A stretch of 64,000 nucleotides of DNA from Acidimicrobiia bacterium (GCA_045862915.1 BTVE01000001.1:4320-68319); one strand, 5' to 3'. Positions 39,399-48,594 are shown, counted from the first letter of the stretch. The notes: a model not told the origin generated them from the letters alone. Numbers and translations: made by a program.

Positions 39399-39947
39399 AT
39401 GACTGACGCCGCTCGCCCCCTCGCGCAGTCCGTCCTTCTTGTGGACGATGATGAGCCGTTCCGATCGCGGCTTGCGCGAGCGATCCGATCACGCGGGTAT
39501 GACGTGCGGGAGGCGGCAGATGCGACGTCGGCACGCAACGAAGCGGAGCGCGAGAGCCCGGAGATGGCCGTGGTTGACCTGCGCCTTCCCGACGGCACCG
39601 GCCTCGAAGTGGTGAAACATCTCAAACACCTCGATCCCTCCACCGCCATTGTCGTGCTCACGGGATACGGGAGCATTGCGACGGCGCTTGAAGCCGTGCG
39701 CCTGGGCGCGGTGCACTACCTGACGAAGCCGGTTGACGCCGATCGAGTCCTTGCGGCGTTTACGCCTGGCGACGGTCCGGCACCTGAGGTGCCGGCCGAA
39801 ACGCCGTCCTTGGCACGCGTCGAATGGGAGCACATCAATCGGGTACTGACCGATTGTGGCGGCAACATCTCAGAGGCCGCGCGTGTGCTTGGCGTGCATC
39901 GGCGATCGCTGCAGCGCAAGCTGCAGAAGTTTCCGACGGCGCGGTAG
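39399..39947 (+). CDS. regA: RegA/PrrA/ActR-type response regulator (REC + Fis-type HTH)
   Basis: VLLVDDDEPF, VVDLRLPDG, YLTKP. C-terminal NISEAARVLGVHRRSLQRKLQK. Confidence 0.88.
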   Translation: MTDAARPLAQSVLLVDDDEPFRSRLARAIRSRGYDVREAADATSARNEAERESPEMAVVDLRLPDGTGLEVVKHLKHLDPSTAIVVLTGYGSIATALEAVRLGAVHYLTKPVDADRVLAAFTPGDGPAPEVPAETPSLARVEWEHINRVLTDCGGNISEAARVLGVHRRSLQRKLQKFPTAR

Positions 39948-39956
39948 GAAGGCGCT

Positions 39957-42317
39957 TCACCTCACGTATTCCGCCAGATGTTGGCCGGTCACTGTCGACT
40001 TCTTCTTGACCAGCTGTGCGGGCGTGCCTTCAAAGACGACAGTGCCGCCGTCGTGACCGGCGCCCGGGCCCAGATCGATGATCCAGTCCGCGTGCGCCAT
40101 GACGGATTGATGGTGCTCAATCACAATGACCGACTTGCCGGAGTCGACGAGACGATCCAGGAGCGCGAGCAGTTGCTCGAGGTCGGCCAGGTGCAGACCA
40201 GTCGTGGGTTCGTCAAGGACGTAGACGCCACCCGCGTCGCCCATGTAGGTCGCGAGCTTGAGGCGCTGCCGTTCGCCGCCCGACAGGGTGGTCAACGGCT
40301 GGCCGAGGCGCAGGTACCCAAGGCCCACGTCCGCCATCCGGCTGAGGATCGCGTGCGCGGCCGGCGTCTTTGCCTTGCCCTCGCCAAAAAACCGCGTGGC
40401 TTCTTCCACAGGCATGTCGAGGACCTCGGCAATGTTGCGGCCTCCGAGGCGGTAGTCGAGCACCGAGGCCTGGAACCGCTTGCCCTGACACTCTTCGCAC
40501 AGGGTTGCCACGCCCGCCATCATGGCGAGGTCGGTGTAGATGACGCCGGCTCCATTACACGTAGGACAGGCGCCTTCCGAGTTGGCGCTGAACAGGGCCG
40601 GTTTCACACCATTGGCCTTGGCAAACGCGGTGCGAATGGGATCCAGCACACCCGTGTACGTCGCGGGATTGCTGCGGCGCGAACCGCGGATCATCCCCTG
40701 ATCGATGGTGACAACCCCCTCTCGCCCGGCCACCGATCCGTGGATGAGTGAACTTTTGCCGGAGCCAGCCACGCCGGTAACCACAACCAGCACGCCGAGT
40801 GGAATATCCACGTTGACGTTCTTCAGGTTGTGGGTCTTCGCCCCTCGAATTTTCATGGTGCCGGTCGGCGTGCGCACGTCCGTCTTGAGCGTCGCCCGCG
40901 TACTCAGATGGCGTCCGGTCAACGTGCCGCTCTTGCGGAGTCCGCTGACATCGCCCTCAAACACCACGGAGCCGCCGGCTGAGCCCGCTCCAGGCCCGAG
41001 GTCAACAATGTGATCGGCAATCGCAATTGTTTCGGGCTTGTGCTCAACGACGAGGACGGTGTTGCCGTTGTCTCGGAGTCGGAGCAGGAGATCGTTCATG
41101 CGCTGCTGGTCGTGGGGATGCAGGCCGATCGACGGCTCGTCAAACACGTACGTCACGTCAGTCAACGCAGAGCCGAGGTGCCCGACCATTTTGGTGCGCT
41201 GCGCTTCCCCGCCCGACAACGTGCCCGACGGACGATCGAGGCTCAGGTATCCGAGACCGATCTCCACGAACGAGTCGAGAGTGTGCTGCAGCTTCGCCAG
41301 CAGCGGAGCTACCGACGCGTCTTTGACCCCGCGCATCCATTCCGCAAGGTCGCTGATCTGCATCGCAGACGCATCGGCGATGTTGATGCCCTTGATCTTC
41401 GACGACCGCGCCGCCTCGTTCAGGCGTGTGCCTTTGCACTCCGGGCAAGTCGAGAACGTGACCGCTCGTTCGACAAAGGCACGGATGTGCGGCTGCAGCG
41501 CGTCGACGTCCTTCGACAGGAAGGACTTCTGAATGCGAGGAATGAGACCTTCGTAGGTCAGGTTGATCTTCTCAACCTTCACCTTGATCGGCTCGTTATA
41601 GAGAAATGTGTGCAGCGCCTTCTTCGACAACTTCTTGATCGGCGTATCGGGATCCACACCGGCGGCCGCAAAGGCCCGCATGTGCCATCCGTCCGCCGTG
41701 TACCCCGGCACCTTCAGTGCGCCTTCGTGCAGCGACTTGTCCTCGTCGTAGATCTCCTTGAGGTCGATGTCGTTGACCGAGCCCATCCCTTCGCAACGTG
41801 GGCACATCCCCCCGGTGACGCTGTACGTGACCTTTTTCGGCTGCGCACTCGCACCCTTTTCAACCGTCACCGCACCGACGGCCTTGACCGACGGCACGTT
41901 GAACGAGAACGCGTTTGACGATCCGATGTGCGGCTTGCCGAGCCGGCTCCACAACACCCGCAACATGGCATTGGCGTCGGTCGCGGTTCCCACCGTCGAC
42001 CGCGCGTTTGCGCCCATCCGCTCCTGGTCGACGATGATGGCGGTCGTCAGGCCCTCGAGCACATCCACTTCCGGCCGCTTGAGCGACGGCATGAATCCTT
42101 GCAGAAATGCGCTGTAAGTTTCGTTGATCAGGCGCTGCGACTCGGCGGCAATCGTGCCGAACACCAATGACGACTTGCCGGAGCCTGAGACCCCGGTGAA
42201 CACGGTCAGCCGGCGCTTGGGGATCTCGACACTGACATCCTTGAGGTTGTTCTGACGGGCGCCCTGGATGCGAATCAGGTCGTGCGAATCGGCGGGATGG
42301 CGCTTGGATGGAGACAT
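39957..42317 (-). CDS. UvrA paralogue (class II-like, 786 aa)
   Basis: Two Walker A motifs (GVSGSGKSS, GVAGSGKSS), LSGGEAQR / LSGGERQR signatures and Zn-finger Cys pairs. True ATG at 42317, and the 1021-aa track ORF extension is rejected. Confidence 0.9.
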   Translation of the reverse strand: MSPSKRHPADSHDLIRIQGARQNNLKDVSVEIPKRRLTVFTGVSGSGKSSLVFGTIAAESQRLINETYSAFLQGFMPSLKRPEVDVLEGLTTAIIVDQERMGANARSTVGTATDANAMLRVLWSRLGKPHIGSSNAFSFNVPSVKAVGAVTVEKGASAQPKKVTYSVTGGMCPRCEGMGSVNDIDLKEIYDEDKSLHEGALKVPGYTADGWHMRAFAAAGVDPDTPIKKLSKKALHTFLYNEPIKVKVEKINLTYEGLIPRIQKSFLSKDVDALQPHIRAFVERAVTFSTCPECKGTRLNEAARSSKIKGINIADASAMQISDLAEWMRGVKDASVAPLLAKLQHTLDSFVEIGLGYLSLDRPSGTLSGGEAQRTKMVGHLGSALTDVTYVFDEPSIGLHPHDQQRMNDLLLRLRDNGNTVLVVEHKPETIAIADHIVDLGPGAGSAGGSVVFEGDVSGLRKSGTLTGRHLSTRATLKTDVRTPTGTMKIRGAKTHNLKNVNVDIPLGVLVVVTGVAGSGKSSLIHGSVAGREGVVTIDQGMIRGSRRSNPATYTGVLDPIRTAFAKANGVKPALFSANSEGACPTCNGAGVIYTDLAMMAGVATLCEECQGKRFQASVLDYRLGGRNIAEVLDMPVEEATRFFGEGKAKTPAAHAILSRMADVGLGYLRLGQPLTTLSGGERQRLKLATYMGDAGGVYVLDEPTTGLHLADLEQLLALLDRLVDSGKSVIVIEHHQSVMAHADWIIDLGPGAGHDGGTVVFEGTPAQLVKKKSTVTGQHLAEYVR

Positions 42318-42351
42318 GAGTCGTCGATCATGACACGCCCCCGCCGCCCCC

Positions 42352-42403
42352 CTTGCCGCTCCTCGCCAACTCTTGCCGCTTCTCGCGTGCGACAACTTGC
42401 CAC
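42352..42403. promoter_or_regulatory. Direct repeats CTTGCCGCT[CT]CTCGC x2 plus partial third copy in the uvrA-like/copC divergent spacer
   Basis: Copies at 42352-42366 and 42372-42386 (14/15 identical, 20-bp register) and CTTGCCAC at 42396-42403. TAGGCT at 42428-42433 is 7 nt before ATG 42441. Confidence 0.3.
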
Positions 42404-42440
42404 ACCTGTCCCGGCGACGCGCTCGGCTAGGCTCATTTCC

Positions 42441-42818
42441 ATGCTCCGACGTGTATTTCCGGTGACGGCAGTCCTGTTGTCTGTGGCGGTAATCGGCCTC
42501 TCGGCCCACCTCAAGGTTGAGCGGACGTTCCCGGCCACCGGCGGTACGGTCACGACCACCCCGGACCGCATCCAGGTCTGGTTCTCGCAGAATCCGACAC
42601 TGGCGATCAGCGGGCTCTCGCTGGAAGGGCCCAAGGGCAAGGTCGAGTTGGGCAAAGTCGCGGCCGGCAAGGATGGCGAGAAGACGGACATGTCGCTCGT
42701 GGCCCCGATCACCGGCGCGCTCGAGGCCGGCAAGTACACCGCGAGCTGGAAGACGTCCGGCAACGATGGCCACATCCTGACCGGCACGTTCGAGTTCACC
42801 TACAAACCCGCGAACTGA
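42441..42818 (+). CDS. copC: CopC-domain periplasmic copper-binding protein
   Basis: Signal peptide ending ..SAH, with His as the predicted mature N-terminus. CopC-like beta-sandwich sequence ..YTASWKTSGNDGHILTGTFEFTY. Confidence 0.85.
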   Translation: MLRRVFPVTAVLLSVAVIGLSAHLKVERTFPATGGTVTTTPDRIQVWFSQNPTLAISGLSLEGPKGKVELGKVAAGKDGEKTDMSLVAPITGALEAGKYTASWKTSGNDGHILTGTFEFTYKPAN

Positions 42819-42837
42819 CGGGGCCTCGCGTCCCGGC

Positions 42838-43713
42838 ATGGTCATCTGGTTCTGGTACACACTCGTCGTCGCCGTCATGGGCGGCGCGGGGTGTGCGTGG
42901 GTGCTGTCAGGCGTGCATGCGCCATCGGTCCGCACCTGGCGCAGGCGCCTGTCGACCGTCAATCTCATCAGCGCGTCACTGCTGCTCGTTGCCGTGGCGG
43001 CGCGGCTCTGGTCACAAACCACGCAGGCCTTCGGTGGCGATCAACCGATGTCCACCCTGCTGCTGCGGGTCATCGTCACAGAAACCCCGTGGGGCCGTGG
43101 CTGGACGTGGCAGGCGCTGGGCTCGGCACTCTGCCTGGTTGGCGCCATGCTCGTTCGGCGGAACAACGCTCAGTGGCCGCTGCTGCTGACCGCCGCTCTG
43201 TTCACTGCCTTCGCGACATCGTTCACCGGCCATGCGGTCGGCATGAACGAGGGCGTGTGGATCACGGTGCTCGCGCAGGGCGCCCATGTCATTGCCGCCG
43301 GACTCTGGCTTGGCACACTCGCTGCCCTGCTCATCGTGACGTTTGACGATGTGGATGCGGATGGTGTGACAGGAACGTTTCGGCTGGCGTTGCAGCGGTT
43401 CTCGACGGTTGCACAACCGGCGGTCGCCCTCCTGGTGCTGGCCGGTGCCGTTGCGACGTGGCGCCATGTGGGCTCGGTGGCCAACATGGCCACGCCGTAC
43501 GGATTTGTCCTTGCGCTGAAAGTGGCAGCGTTTGCGGGCGCAGCCGCGTGCGGCTTTTACAACTGGCAGCGACTGACGCCGCAGCTCGGGGTGCGCCGAG
43601 GCGCGCTGCCTCGCCTGTGGCGCCTTGCCGGACTCGAAGTATCGCTGGGGATTGTGGCCCTGGCACTCACGGCCATCATCGGCACGCTGCCGATGCCCGG
43701 CCATGACCACTGA
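42838..43713 (+). CDS. copD: CopD family copper resistance/import membrane protein
   Basis: 8-TM-like profile. ..ETPWGRGWTWQ.. and FTGHAVG motifs. Follows copC. Confidence 0.85.
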   Translation: MVIWFWYTLVVAVMGGAGCAWVLSGVHAPSVRTWRRRLSTVNLISASLLLVAVAARLWSQTTQAFGGDQPMSTLLLRVIVTETPWGRGWTWQALGSALCLVGAMLVRRNNAQWPLLLTAALFTAFATSFTGHAVGMNEGVWITVLAQGAHVIAAGLWLGTLAALLIVTFDDVDADGVTGTFRLALQRFSTVAQPAVALLVLAGAVATWRHVGSVANMATPYGFVLALKVAAFAGAAACGFYNWQRLTPQLGVRRGALPRLWRLAGLEVSLGIVALALTAIIGTLPMPGHDH

Positions 43714-43744
43714 GAACACACGACTGACGGCAGGAGACGAAACG

Positions 43745-44581
43745 ATGATGCGTGCATGGATGGTGGCCACCGCACTGGTGGCGGCAACGGCGGGTAACGG
43801 AACACCAAAGACGATGGCGACCTCCATCAAGCTGGCAGCCGAGGTCGGCGGAAAGCCGTTTTCGTGCGGGGAATCGTATGACGGCATCGGCACGACGAAG
43901 TCGACCATCCGCGTCACGGACTTCCGCTTCTACGTGACAAACGTTCGACTCACGAAGGCAGACGGCACTTCGGTGCCCGTGGCCCTCACGCAGGACGGCC
44001 TGTGGCAGAAAGACGACGTGTCGCTGATGGATTTTGAGGACGCGACCGGGTCCTGCAGCAACGGCACGGCGCCGACGCACACGACGATTGACGGCACCGT
44101 GCCAGAAGGCAACTACAACGGCCTGTCGTTTGAAATTGGCCTGCCGTTCGACAAGAACCACCGCGACCCGGCTGCGCAGCCGTCTCCGCTCAACCTCACA
44201 CGGCTCTTCTGGTCGTGGAATGCCGGGTACAAATTCATGCGCCTCGACATGCGCACCACCGGCATGCCGAACGGCTGGGTCATCCATCTGGGCAGCACGG
44301 CGTGTGATGGTGCGACCGCGACGACGGCGCCGACCGAGTGCAAGTTTCCCAATCGCGCGCCAGTGACGCTGACCGGGTTTAATCCCCTGAGCGACACGGT
44401 GGTCCTCGATGTCGCCGCATTGCTGGCGGGCAGCAATGTGGACAAGAACCAGGAGAAGACCGCGGTGGGCTGCATGTCTGCGCAGAACGATCCGGAGTGT
44501 GGACCGCTGTTTGAACGACTGGGCCTCGCATTTGGTGAGACGCCGGCGAAGCCGCAGACAGCGTTTTCGGTTCGACGCTGA
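43745..44581 (+). CDS. mbnP: MbnP family copper-binding protein (metallo-mystery pair Cys-motif protein)
   Basis: FRFYVTNVRL, DFEDATGSCSNGT, NHRDP, LFWSWNAGYKFMRLD, multiple conserved Cys. Start is ATG 43745 (43703 is the alternative). Confidence 0.8.
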   Translation: MMRAWMVATALVAATAGNGTPKTMATSIKLAAEVGGKPFSCGESYDGIGTTKSTIRVTDFRFYVTNVRLTKADGTSVPVALTQDGLWQKDDVSLMDFEDATGSCSNGTAPTHTTIDGTVPEGNYNGLSFEIGLPFDKNHRDPAAQPSPLNLTRLFWSWNAGYKFMRLDMRTTGMPNGWVIHLGSTACDGATATTAPTECKFPNRAPVTLTGFNPLSDTVVLDVAALLAGSNVDKNQEKTAVGCMSAQNDPECGPLFERLGLAFGETPAKPQTAFSVRR

Positions 44582-45744
44582 TGACTCGACACTCGACGCG
44601 GTTTGGTCTGCTCGCAGGGATGCTGGGCAGCGTGTGGCTTGGCGCGTTGGCGCTGACCGCCGCGCCTGCGCAGCAGCCTGCCGCGTCCGAGTGGGTGTGG
44701 GATCTGCCTCCTGGCTTTCCGACACCAAGAGTCCCGCCCGACAATCCGATGTCGGCGGCGAAGGTCGACCTGGGACGGCACCTCTTCTACGACACCCGAC
44801 TGTCGATCGACGGCACGTTCTCGTGTGCGAGCTGCCACGATCAGGCGGTGGCGTTCACTGACCGCAAGCCACGCGGCATCGGTGTCACCGGCGAAGTGCA
44901 TCCTCGCGGCAGCATGAGTCTGGCCAACATCGCGTACAGTCCGGTGCTGACCTGGGCCAACCCGTCGGTGCGCACGCTCGAGCTGCAGGCGCTCGTCCCG
45001 ATGTTTGGAGAAGACCCGGTCGAGCTCGGACTGTCCGGCCGCGAAGCGCAGCTCATCGCGACGCTCCGCAAGGAGCCGCGGTACACCACGCTGTTCGGCG
45101 CGGCGTACCCGGGCGAAGCGGATCCCGTCACGCTCGGGAACATCACCAAGGCCATCGCGTCATTTCAGCGGACGCTGATCTCCGGCCGGTCACCTTACGA
45201 CCGCTACAAGTACGGGAATGAACCCGATGCCATCTCGGCGTCTGCGAAACGCGGCGAGGAGATCTTCTTCTCGGAAGATGCCGAGTGTTTCCACTGCCAC
45301 GGCAGCTTCAACTTCACCGAAACGGTGGACTTCGTCGGCAAAGGCTTCCTCGAGATTGAGTTCCACAACACCGGGCTCTACAACCTGGACGAGGAAGGCG
45401 CCTATCCCGCGCCCAACACCGGCGTTCACGCGATCACGCACGACACTGAAGACATGGGCAAGTTCAAGGCGCCCACCCTTCGCAACATTGCCGTCACGGC
45501 ACCGTACATGCACGACGGTTCGATTGCGGACCTCGACGCCGTGCTCGACCACTACACCGCGGGCGGGCGCACAATCGCCACCGGGCCCCACAAGGGCGTC
45601 GGCGCCAACAACCCGCGCAAGAGCAGTTTCGTCAAGCCGTTTGAACTGTCGGCGCAGGGGCGAGCCGACCTGCTCGCCTTCCTGCGCTCACTGACCGACG
45701 AACACTTCCTCACGGACCCGCGCTTCGCGAACCCGTGGAAGTAG
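44581..45744 (+). CDS. mbnH: MbnH family di-haem cytochrome c peroxidase-like enzyme
   Basis: Two CXXCH motifs (CASCH, CFHCH). ..KFKAPTLRNIAVTAPYMHDGS.. Start overlaps the mbnP stop. Confidence 0.85.
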   Translation: MTRHSTRFGLLAGMLGSVWLGALALTAAPAQQPAASEWVWDLPPGFPTPRVPPDNPMSAAKVDLGRHLFYDTRLSIDGTFSCASCHDQAVAFTDRKPRGIGVTGEVHPRGSMSLANIAYSPVLTWANPSVRTLELQALVPMFGEDPVELGLSGREAQLIATLRKEPRYTTLFGAAYPGEADPVTLGNITKAIASFQRTLISGRSPYDRYKYGNEPDAISASAKRGEEIFFSEDAECFHCHGSFNFTETVDFVGKGFLEIEFHNTGLYNLDEEGAYPAPNTGVHAITHDTEDMGKFKAPTLRNIAVTAPYMHDGSIADLDAVLDHYTAGGRTIATGPHKGVGANNPRKSSFVKPFELSAQGRADLLAFLRSLTDEHFLTDPRFANPWK

Positions 45745-45757
45745 GGCGCCGACGACG

Positions 45758-47194
45758 TTACCGGTGCTCCCGGATGACGCCGCTCTGGAGGTCGCGCCAG
45801 TAGGCATCCAGCGCCCGGCGCACCTGGCCGCTCAGGGCGAGTACACCCACCAGGTTCGGCAGGGCCATGCCGAGGATCATCAGATCGCCGAAGTTCAGCA
45901 CGTTGATGGACGTCGTGATCGATCCGAGGAATGCGAAGACGAGGAAGAGCAGCCGGTACGGCGTCGACGCACCGGCGCCGAACAGCCACACCGCGCAACG
46001 TTCGCCGTAATACGACCACGAGATCATCGTCGAGTACGCGAACAGGAAGACGGAAATCGACAACACGTACGGGAACCACGAGACGTGCTGACCAAACGCG
46101 CGCGAGGTCAATGCGGCACCCTGGCTGTTGGCGACCAGGTCGGCATACGCCGGGTTGTTGTACGCACCCGTGATGGTGATGACCAGCGCGGTCATGGTGC
46201 AGATCACCACGGTGTCGATGAATGGCTCCAGCAGCGCGACGATGCCCTCACGGACCGGGTACTTCGTCTTCGCCGCAGAGTGCGCAATGGCCGCGGAACC
46301 TGCGCCGGCTTCGTTCGAGAACGCCGCGCGCTGGAATCCAACGACGAGGACGCCGATGAACCCGCCGTACGCCGCATCCGGACTGAAGGCCTGGCGGATG
46401 ATGGACACCAGCGCGTCGGGCACCACGGCCGCGTTCAGCCCAATCACGGTGAGGCAACCCAGGATGTACACGCCCGCCATCAGGGGCACGATCGTGTCGG
46501 CCACGTTCGCGATGCGTGTGATGCCGCCGAGAATGACGATGCCGACGAGCAGGGTCATGATGACGCCGTAGGCCCACGGCGCGTCGGCCAGAAAGGGAAT
46601 CGTCTCCTGAAGGGCGTTCATCGACTGGTTCACCTGAAAGCTGTTGCCGCCGCCCAGCGATCCGCCGATGCAGAGCACCGCGAACAACACCGCCAGCGCG
46701 CGACCCAGCGTGGGCCAGCCGAGTCCGGCCAACCCCTTCGACAGGTACTGCACCGGCCCGCCAAGGACGTTGCGCCCCGACGCATCCACATCGCGGTACA
46801 TCTGCCCGAGGGAGCACTCGGTGAACTTTGCGGTCATGCCGAACAGGCCCGCGACGATCATCCAGAACGTCGCACCCGGCCCGCCAAGCGACACCGCAAT
46901 GGCGACGCCGGCGATGTTCCCCAGGCCGACGGTCGCCGACAGCGCCGTGCTCAGCGCCTGAAAGTGCGACAAGTCACCAGGCTCGTTGGGATCGGTGTAC
47001 TTGCCCATCGTCACGCGCACGGCATGCGTGAATGCGCGGATATTGATGAATCCCATGCGCAAGGTCAGAAAGACCGCGCCAATGACCAGCCACGCCACGA
47101 TAAGCGGCACCGCGTGTTGGTCATCCCAGAACCACACGTCGAAAAACAACACTGACCCAACGACGCCGTTGACGGCGCCCATGAACTGATCCAT
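45758..47194 (-). CDS. Alanine/glycine:cation symporter (AGCS family)
   Basis: FQALSTALSATVGLGNIAGVA, FSNEAGAGSAAIAHSAA and ~11 TM segments. ATG 47194 is preceded by the SD GAAGGAGAGGG. Confidence 0.9.
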   Translation of the reverse strand: MDQFMGAVNGVVGSVLFFDVWFWDDQHAVPLIVAWLVIGAVFLTLRMGFINIRAFTHAVRVTMGKYTDPNEPGDLSHFQALSTALSATVGLGNIAGVAIAVSLGGPGATFWMIVAGLFGMTAKFTECSLGQMYRDVDASGRNVLGGPVQYLSKGLAGLGWPTLGRALAVLFAVLCIGGSLGGGNSFQVNQSMNALQETIPFLADAPWAYGVIMTLLVGIVILGGITRIANVADTIVPLMAGVYILGCLTVIGLNAAVVPDALVSIIRQAFSPDAAYGGFIGVLVVGFQRAAFSNEAGAGSAAIAHSAAKTKYPVREGIVALLEPFIDTVVICTMTALVITITGAYNNPAYADLVANSQGAALTSRAFGQHVSWFPYVLSISVFLFAYSTMISWSYYGERCAVWLFGAGASTPYRLLFLVFAFLGSITTSINVLNFGDLMILGMALPNLVGVLALSGQVRRALDAYWRDLQSGVIREHR

Positions 47195-47294
47195 GACCCT
47201 CTCCTTCACACACGAACACGTACAACCCGGCCACGCGCGCGACACACGTCGGGCGTGGCTGCACAGCAAACGGTTTGTGGGACGAAGGGGACGA

Positions 47295-47582
47295 CTAGAG
47301 CCGCAGGGGACGGGCGTGCGAGTGTGGGCGTGCCGCCAGCGGGGCAGTGACGACACGCATGATGGCCGGTGCGATCAGGTCGACCGGCGTGAGGACCGTG
47401 AGCGATGTGCTGGCGCTGACCAGGGGATCGTCAGGCGCCTTTTTCGACTGGATGTGTGCGGCCGAGCCACCCAGCAGGTCGAGGGGATGTCCGGCCGCGA
47501 ACGGTGCGGTCAGCGGCGAAATCGCCAGGAGCAACAGGGCGCACGCGCACCACCATTGCGCCCGGGTTCGTCTGGCCGACAT
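47295..47582 (-). CDS. Candidate small secreted protein (95 aa), not resolvable from the opposite-strand ORF by GC3
   Basis: MSARRTRAQWWCACALLLLAISPLTAPFAAG signal-like N-terminus. Strong -10 TACAAT (47595-47590), then 7 nt to ATG 47582. Shares third-codon positions with the plus ORF 47347. Confidence 0.35.
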   Translation of the reverse strand: MSARRTRAQWWCACALLLLAISPLTAPFAAGHPLDLLGGSAAHIQSKKAPDDPLVSASTSLTVLTPVDLIAPAIMRVVTAPLAARPHSHARPLRL

Positions 47583-47637
47583 CACGACGATTGTAATCAC
47601 ATCCGGCGCCGCGCGCGGATGGACGCGGTCAGACGTC

Positions 47638-48540
47638 GTGGGACATGATGTCGCGGTGATCACCGCGGCCTGGTACCTCGCGACATTGCTCACGGTCGGG
47701 GCGGCCGCGTCTGCGCGAATCGTGTCGCACGCCCCGCGCTGGCCGACACGGGTCCGTCGCGCCGCGCTTGCCGCTTCGGTGGCACTGCTGGGCCTCCAGT
47801 TCGTCCGTCTGTGGTCCCAGACGCGAGATGCCTTCGGCGCCGACGCCCCGCTCGTCTGGGCACAGGTCCGCATCATCCTCGCCGAGACGCCGTGGGGCGC
47901 CGGCTGGCACTGGCAGGCCGGGGCATCACTCCTCTGCCTACTGGTCGTCGTTCTCTGGCAGTCGCGCTGGCCGCTATGGGTGGCTGCGGCGGTCGCCGCA
48001 TCAGCTGCTGCGTTTACGACCGCACTGACCGGGCACGCTGTGGGCATGGGCGAAGGCGTGTGGCAAACCGTGCTGGCACATGGCACTCATGTCGTGGCAG
48101 CAGGCTGGTGGATCGGCACACTCGTCGTACTGCAGGTCGTGACGATGGACGCGGATATCGGTCGGGATGTGCAGGCACGGCTCGCGCTTGGTCACGCCAT
48201 TGAACGCTTTTCGCCAACGGCCATTGTTGCCGTGTGCATCCTGGTCGGCGCGGGGATGGTCGCGACGTGGCATCACGTCATTGGTCCGGTTGGCTTCGGT
48301 GGTTTTGCGAGTCCGTACGGACTCACGCTGCTGACAAAGATCGGAGCGTTTGCCGGCGCGGGACTCTGCGGTCTCTACAACTGGCGCGTGATTCGCCACC
48401 GCGTGGCGGAATCGGAAGAGGCCGCCCGCCAGCTGCGCGCGATGATCTGGCTCGAGATTGCGCTGGGCGTGATGGCCGTCGTGCTCACCGCCGTGCTGGG
48501 CACAATGGAAATGCCCGAGCCTCCCGGCGGCGGGCACTAG
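47638..48540 (+). CDS. Second CopD family membrane protein (paralogue of 42838-43713)
   Basis: WSQTRDAFGADAPLVWAQVRIILAETPWGAGWHWQ parallels WSQTTQAFGGDQPMSTLLLRVIVTETPWGRGWTWQ. LTGHAVG motif. The GTG 47638 start is inferred. Confidence 0.7.
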   Translation: MGHDVAVITAAWYLATLLTVGAAASARIVSHAPRWPTRVRRAALAASVALLGLQFVRLWSQTRDAFGADAPLVWAQVRIILAETPWGAGWHWQAGASLLCLLVVVLWQSRWPLWVAAAVAASAAAFTTALTGHAVGMGEGVWQTVLAHGTHVVAAGWWIGTLVVLQVVTMDADIGRDVQARLALGHAIERFSPTAIVAVCILVGAGMVATWHHVIGPVGFGGFASPYGLTLLTKIGAFAGAGLCGLYNWRVIRHRVAESEEAARQLRAMIWLEIALGVMAVVLTAVLGTMEMPEPPGGGH

Positions 48541-48554
48541 ACCCGCCGTTCCCT

Positions 48555-48574
48555 GGCAGGCCTGAAGGCCTGCC
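48555..48574. repeat. REP-like GC hairpin GGCAGGCC-TGAA-GGCCTGCC followed by CTACTT
   Basis: Lies between convergent stops 48540 (+) and 48595 (-). Reverse complement of 4747-4766. Confidence 0.55.
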
Positions 48575-48594
48575 CTACTTGTTGAGCACATCTG

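Noticed and set aside
39957-42317. The UvrA-like ABC ATPase as the missing energising partner of the ADOP permeases.
   Set aside because: Tandem ABC cassettes with zinc-finger insertions are diagnostic of UvrA-family DNA-binding proteins, not MacB-type transporter ATPases.
42318-43022. 235-codon N-terminal extension of the UvrA-like ORF (the track gives 1021 aa).
   Set aside because: The extension has junk-like composition and overlaps copC/copD on the other strand. The conserved UvrA N-terminus (..IRIQGARQNNLK..) begins right after ATG 42317.
47195-47294. Glycine riboswitch upstream of the alanine/glycine symporter.
   Set aside because: Only ~100 nt are available, and I could not find the conserved GGAGAG...ACCGAAGGGGCAA-type cores. 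An SD directly precedes the ATG.
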